From NCBI GenBank assembly GCA_963745025.1, contig CAVUWD010000019.1, positions 64,001-128,000 of the forward strand: a stretch of 64,000 nucleotides of DNA, read 5' to 3'. Position 1 is the first letter of the stretch. Every line of letters begins with the position of its first letter. Origin of the DNA: an uncultured delta proteobacterium (GTDB lineage: Bacteria; Desulfobacterota; Binatia; JACPRU01). The notes under the pieces were generated by a model. That model was not told where the DNA came from. It saw only the letters and a program-made list of their open reading frames with translations, and did not search any database. This document shows, in pieces, positions 63,070 to 64,000 of this stretch. The position numbers and the translations under genes are program-made.

Positions 63070-64000
63070 ATGTCCTTCCTGAAGCCGCGGCGGCGTCTTC
63101 TCGCTAGCGTCACGTTGATCGCCGCGCTCTGGCTCGCCAGCGGGGGAGTCAAAACCGTCGGAGCGGTCGCGCACGAGAGTTACGAGAACATCGAGGTCTT
63201 CACCAACATTCTGGCGATCGTGCAGAAGAACTACGTTGACGCGGTTACGACGAAGCAGCTCATCGAGGGCGCGATCAACGGCATGTTGACGTCGCTAGAT
63301 CCTCATAGCGCGTATCTCACCCCCGACCTCTATCGCGAGTTGCAGGTCGACACGCAGGGTAGCTTCGGAGGGCTCGGCATCGAGATCACGGTGAAGAACG
63401 GTATCCTCACGGTGGTTTCGCCGATCGAAGACACGCCGGCCTTCCGAGCGGGAATCAAGCCGGGCGATCAGATCCTGAAGATCGAGGGCGAGTTCACCAA
63501 GGACATGAGCTTGGTGGAAGCGGTCAAGAAGATGCGCGGGCCGAAGGGCACCAAGGTCAAGCTCACGTTACGGCGCGAGGGCGCCGCCGACCTCTTCGAC
63601 GTGCAGGTCACGCGCGAGAACATTCAGATTCAGAGCGTCAAGTCGCGGTCGCTCGAAAAGGGGTACGGCTACGTGCGCCTCACGCAATTTCAGGAGCGCA
63701 CGGACGAGGATCTCGAGAAGGCGATCGAAACGCTCGGCAAGCAGAGCGGGGGCAAGCTCGAAGGTTTGGTGCTCGATCTCCGTAACAATCCGGGCGGGCT
63801 TCTCACTCAGGCCGTGCGCGTGTCCGATCTGTTCCTGGATTCGGGTATGATCGTCTACACGGACGGTCGCCTCGAGAGCCAGAAGCAGCGTTACTACGCG
63901 CACAAGCGGAAGAACCACGTCGAGTCCCCGATGGTGGTGCTGGTGAACGGCGGGAGCGCCAGCGCGGCGGAGATCGTCGCGGGTGCCCTGCAGGACCATC
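63070..64000 (+). CDS. S41 carboxyl-terminal processing peptidase (runs off the window)
   Basis: Manual translation: LDPHSAY, FGGLGIEI, PIEDTPA, LDLRNNPGGLL and NGGSASAAEIVAGALQDH; GGAGG RBS. Confidence 0.93.
   Translation, partial: MSFLKPRRRLLASVTLIAALWLASGGVKTVGAVAHESYENIEVFTNILAIVQKNYVDAVTTKQLIEGAINGMLTSLDPHSAYLTPDLYRELQVDTQGSFGGLGIEITVKNGILTVVSPIEDTPAFRAGIKPGDQILKIEGEFTKDMSLVEAVKKMRGPKGTKVKLTLRREGAADLFDVQVTRENIQIQSVKSRSLEKGYGYVRLTQFQERTDEDLEKAIETLGKQSGGKLEGLVLDLRNNPGGLLTQAVRVSDLFLDSGMIVYTDGRLESQKQRYYAHKRKNHVESPMVVLVNGGSASAAEIVAGALQDH

Overview
High-GC bacterial chromosome segment. Gene content (F420-dependent enzymes, DZR-cyclase-AAA genes, delta-type T2SS) resembles Deltaproteobacteria/Candidatus Binatia; this is inference only. 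Most of the window is housekeeping: recG, alaC-hom-glpX, crt-mcm, metF, surE-pcm-nlpD-apt-fumC, two tRNAs, prs-rplY-pth-rpsF-priB-rpsR-rplI, murJ, yebC-ruvCAB, a complete gspC-N type II secretion operon and a partial S41 peptidase. Scattered single-base frameshifts in conserved genes look like long-read assembly errors. Three things stand out. (1) An NtrY-like kinase is followed by an NtrX-type receiver that appears to be fused to an intact LpxC deacetylase instead of an AAA+/HTH output. (2) A ~10.6 kb decayed integrative element sits in the 3' end of glpX, with a 19-bp att repeat, an IS66-split excisionase and an internally deleted integrase. (3) About 11 palindromic elements with 7-bp periodic arms occupy host intergenic spaces, and one lies inside a pseudopilin leader peptide.
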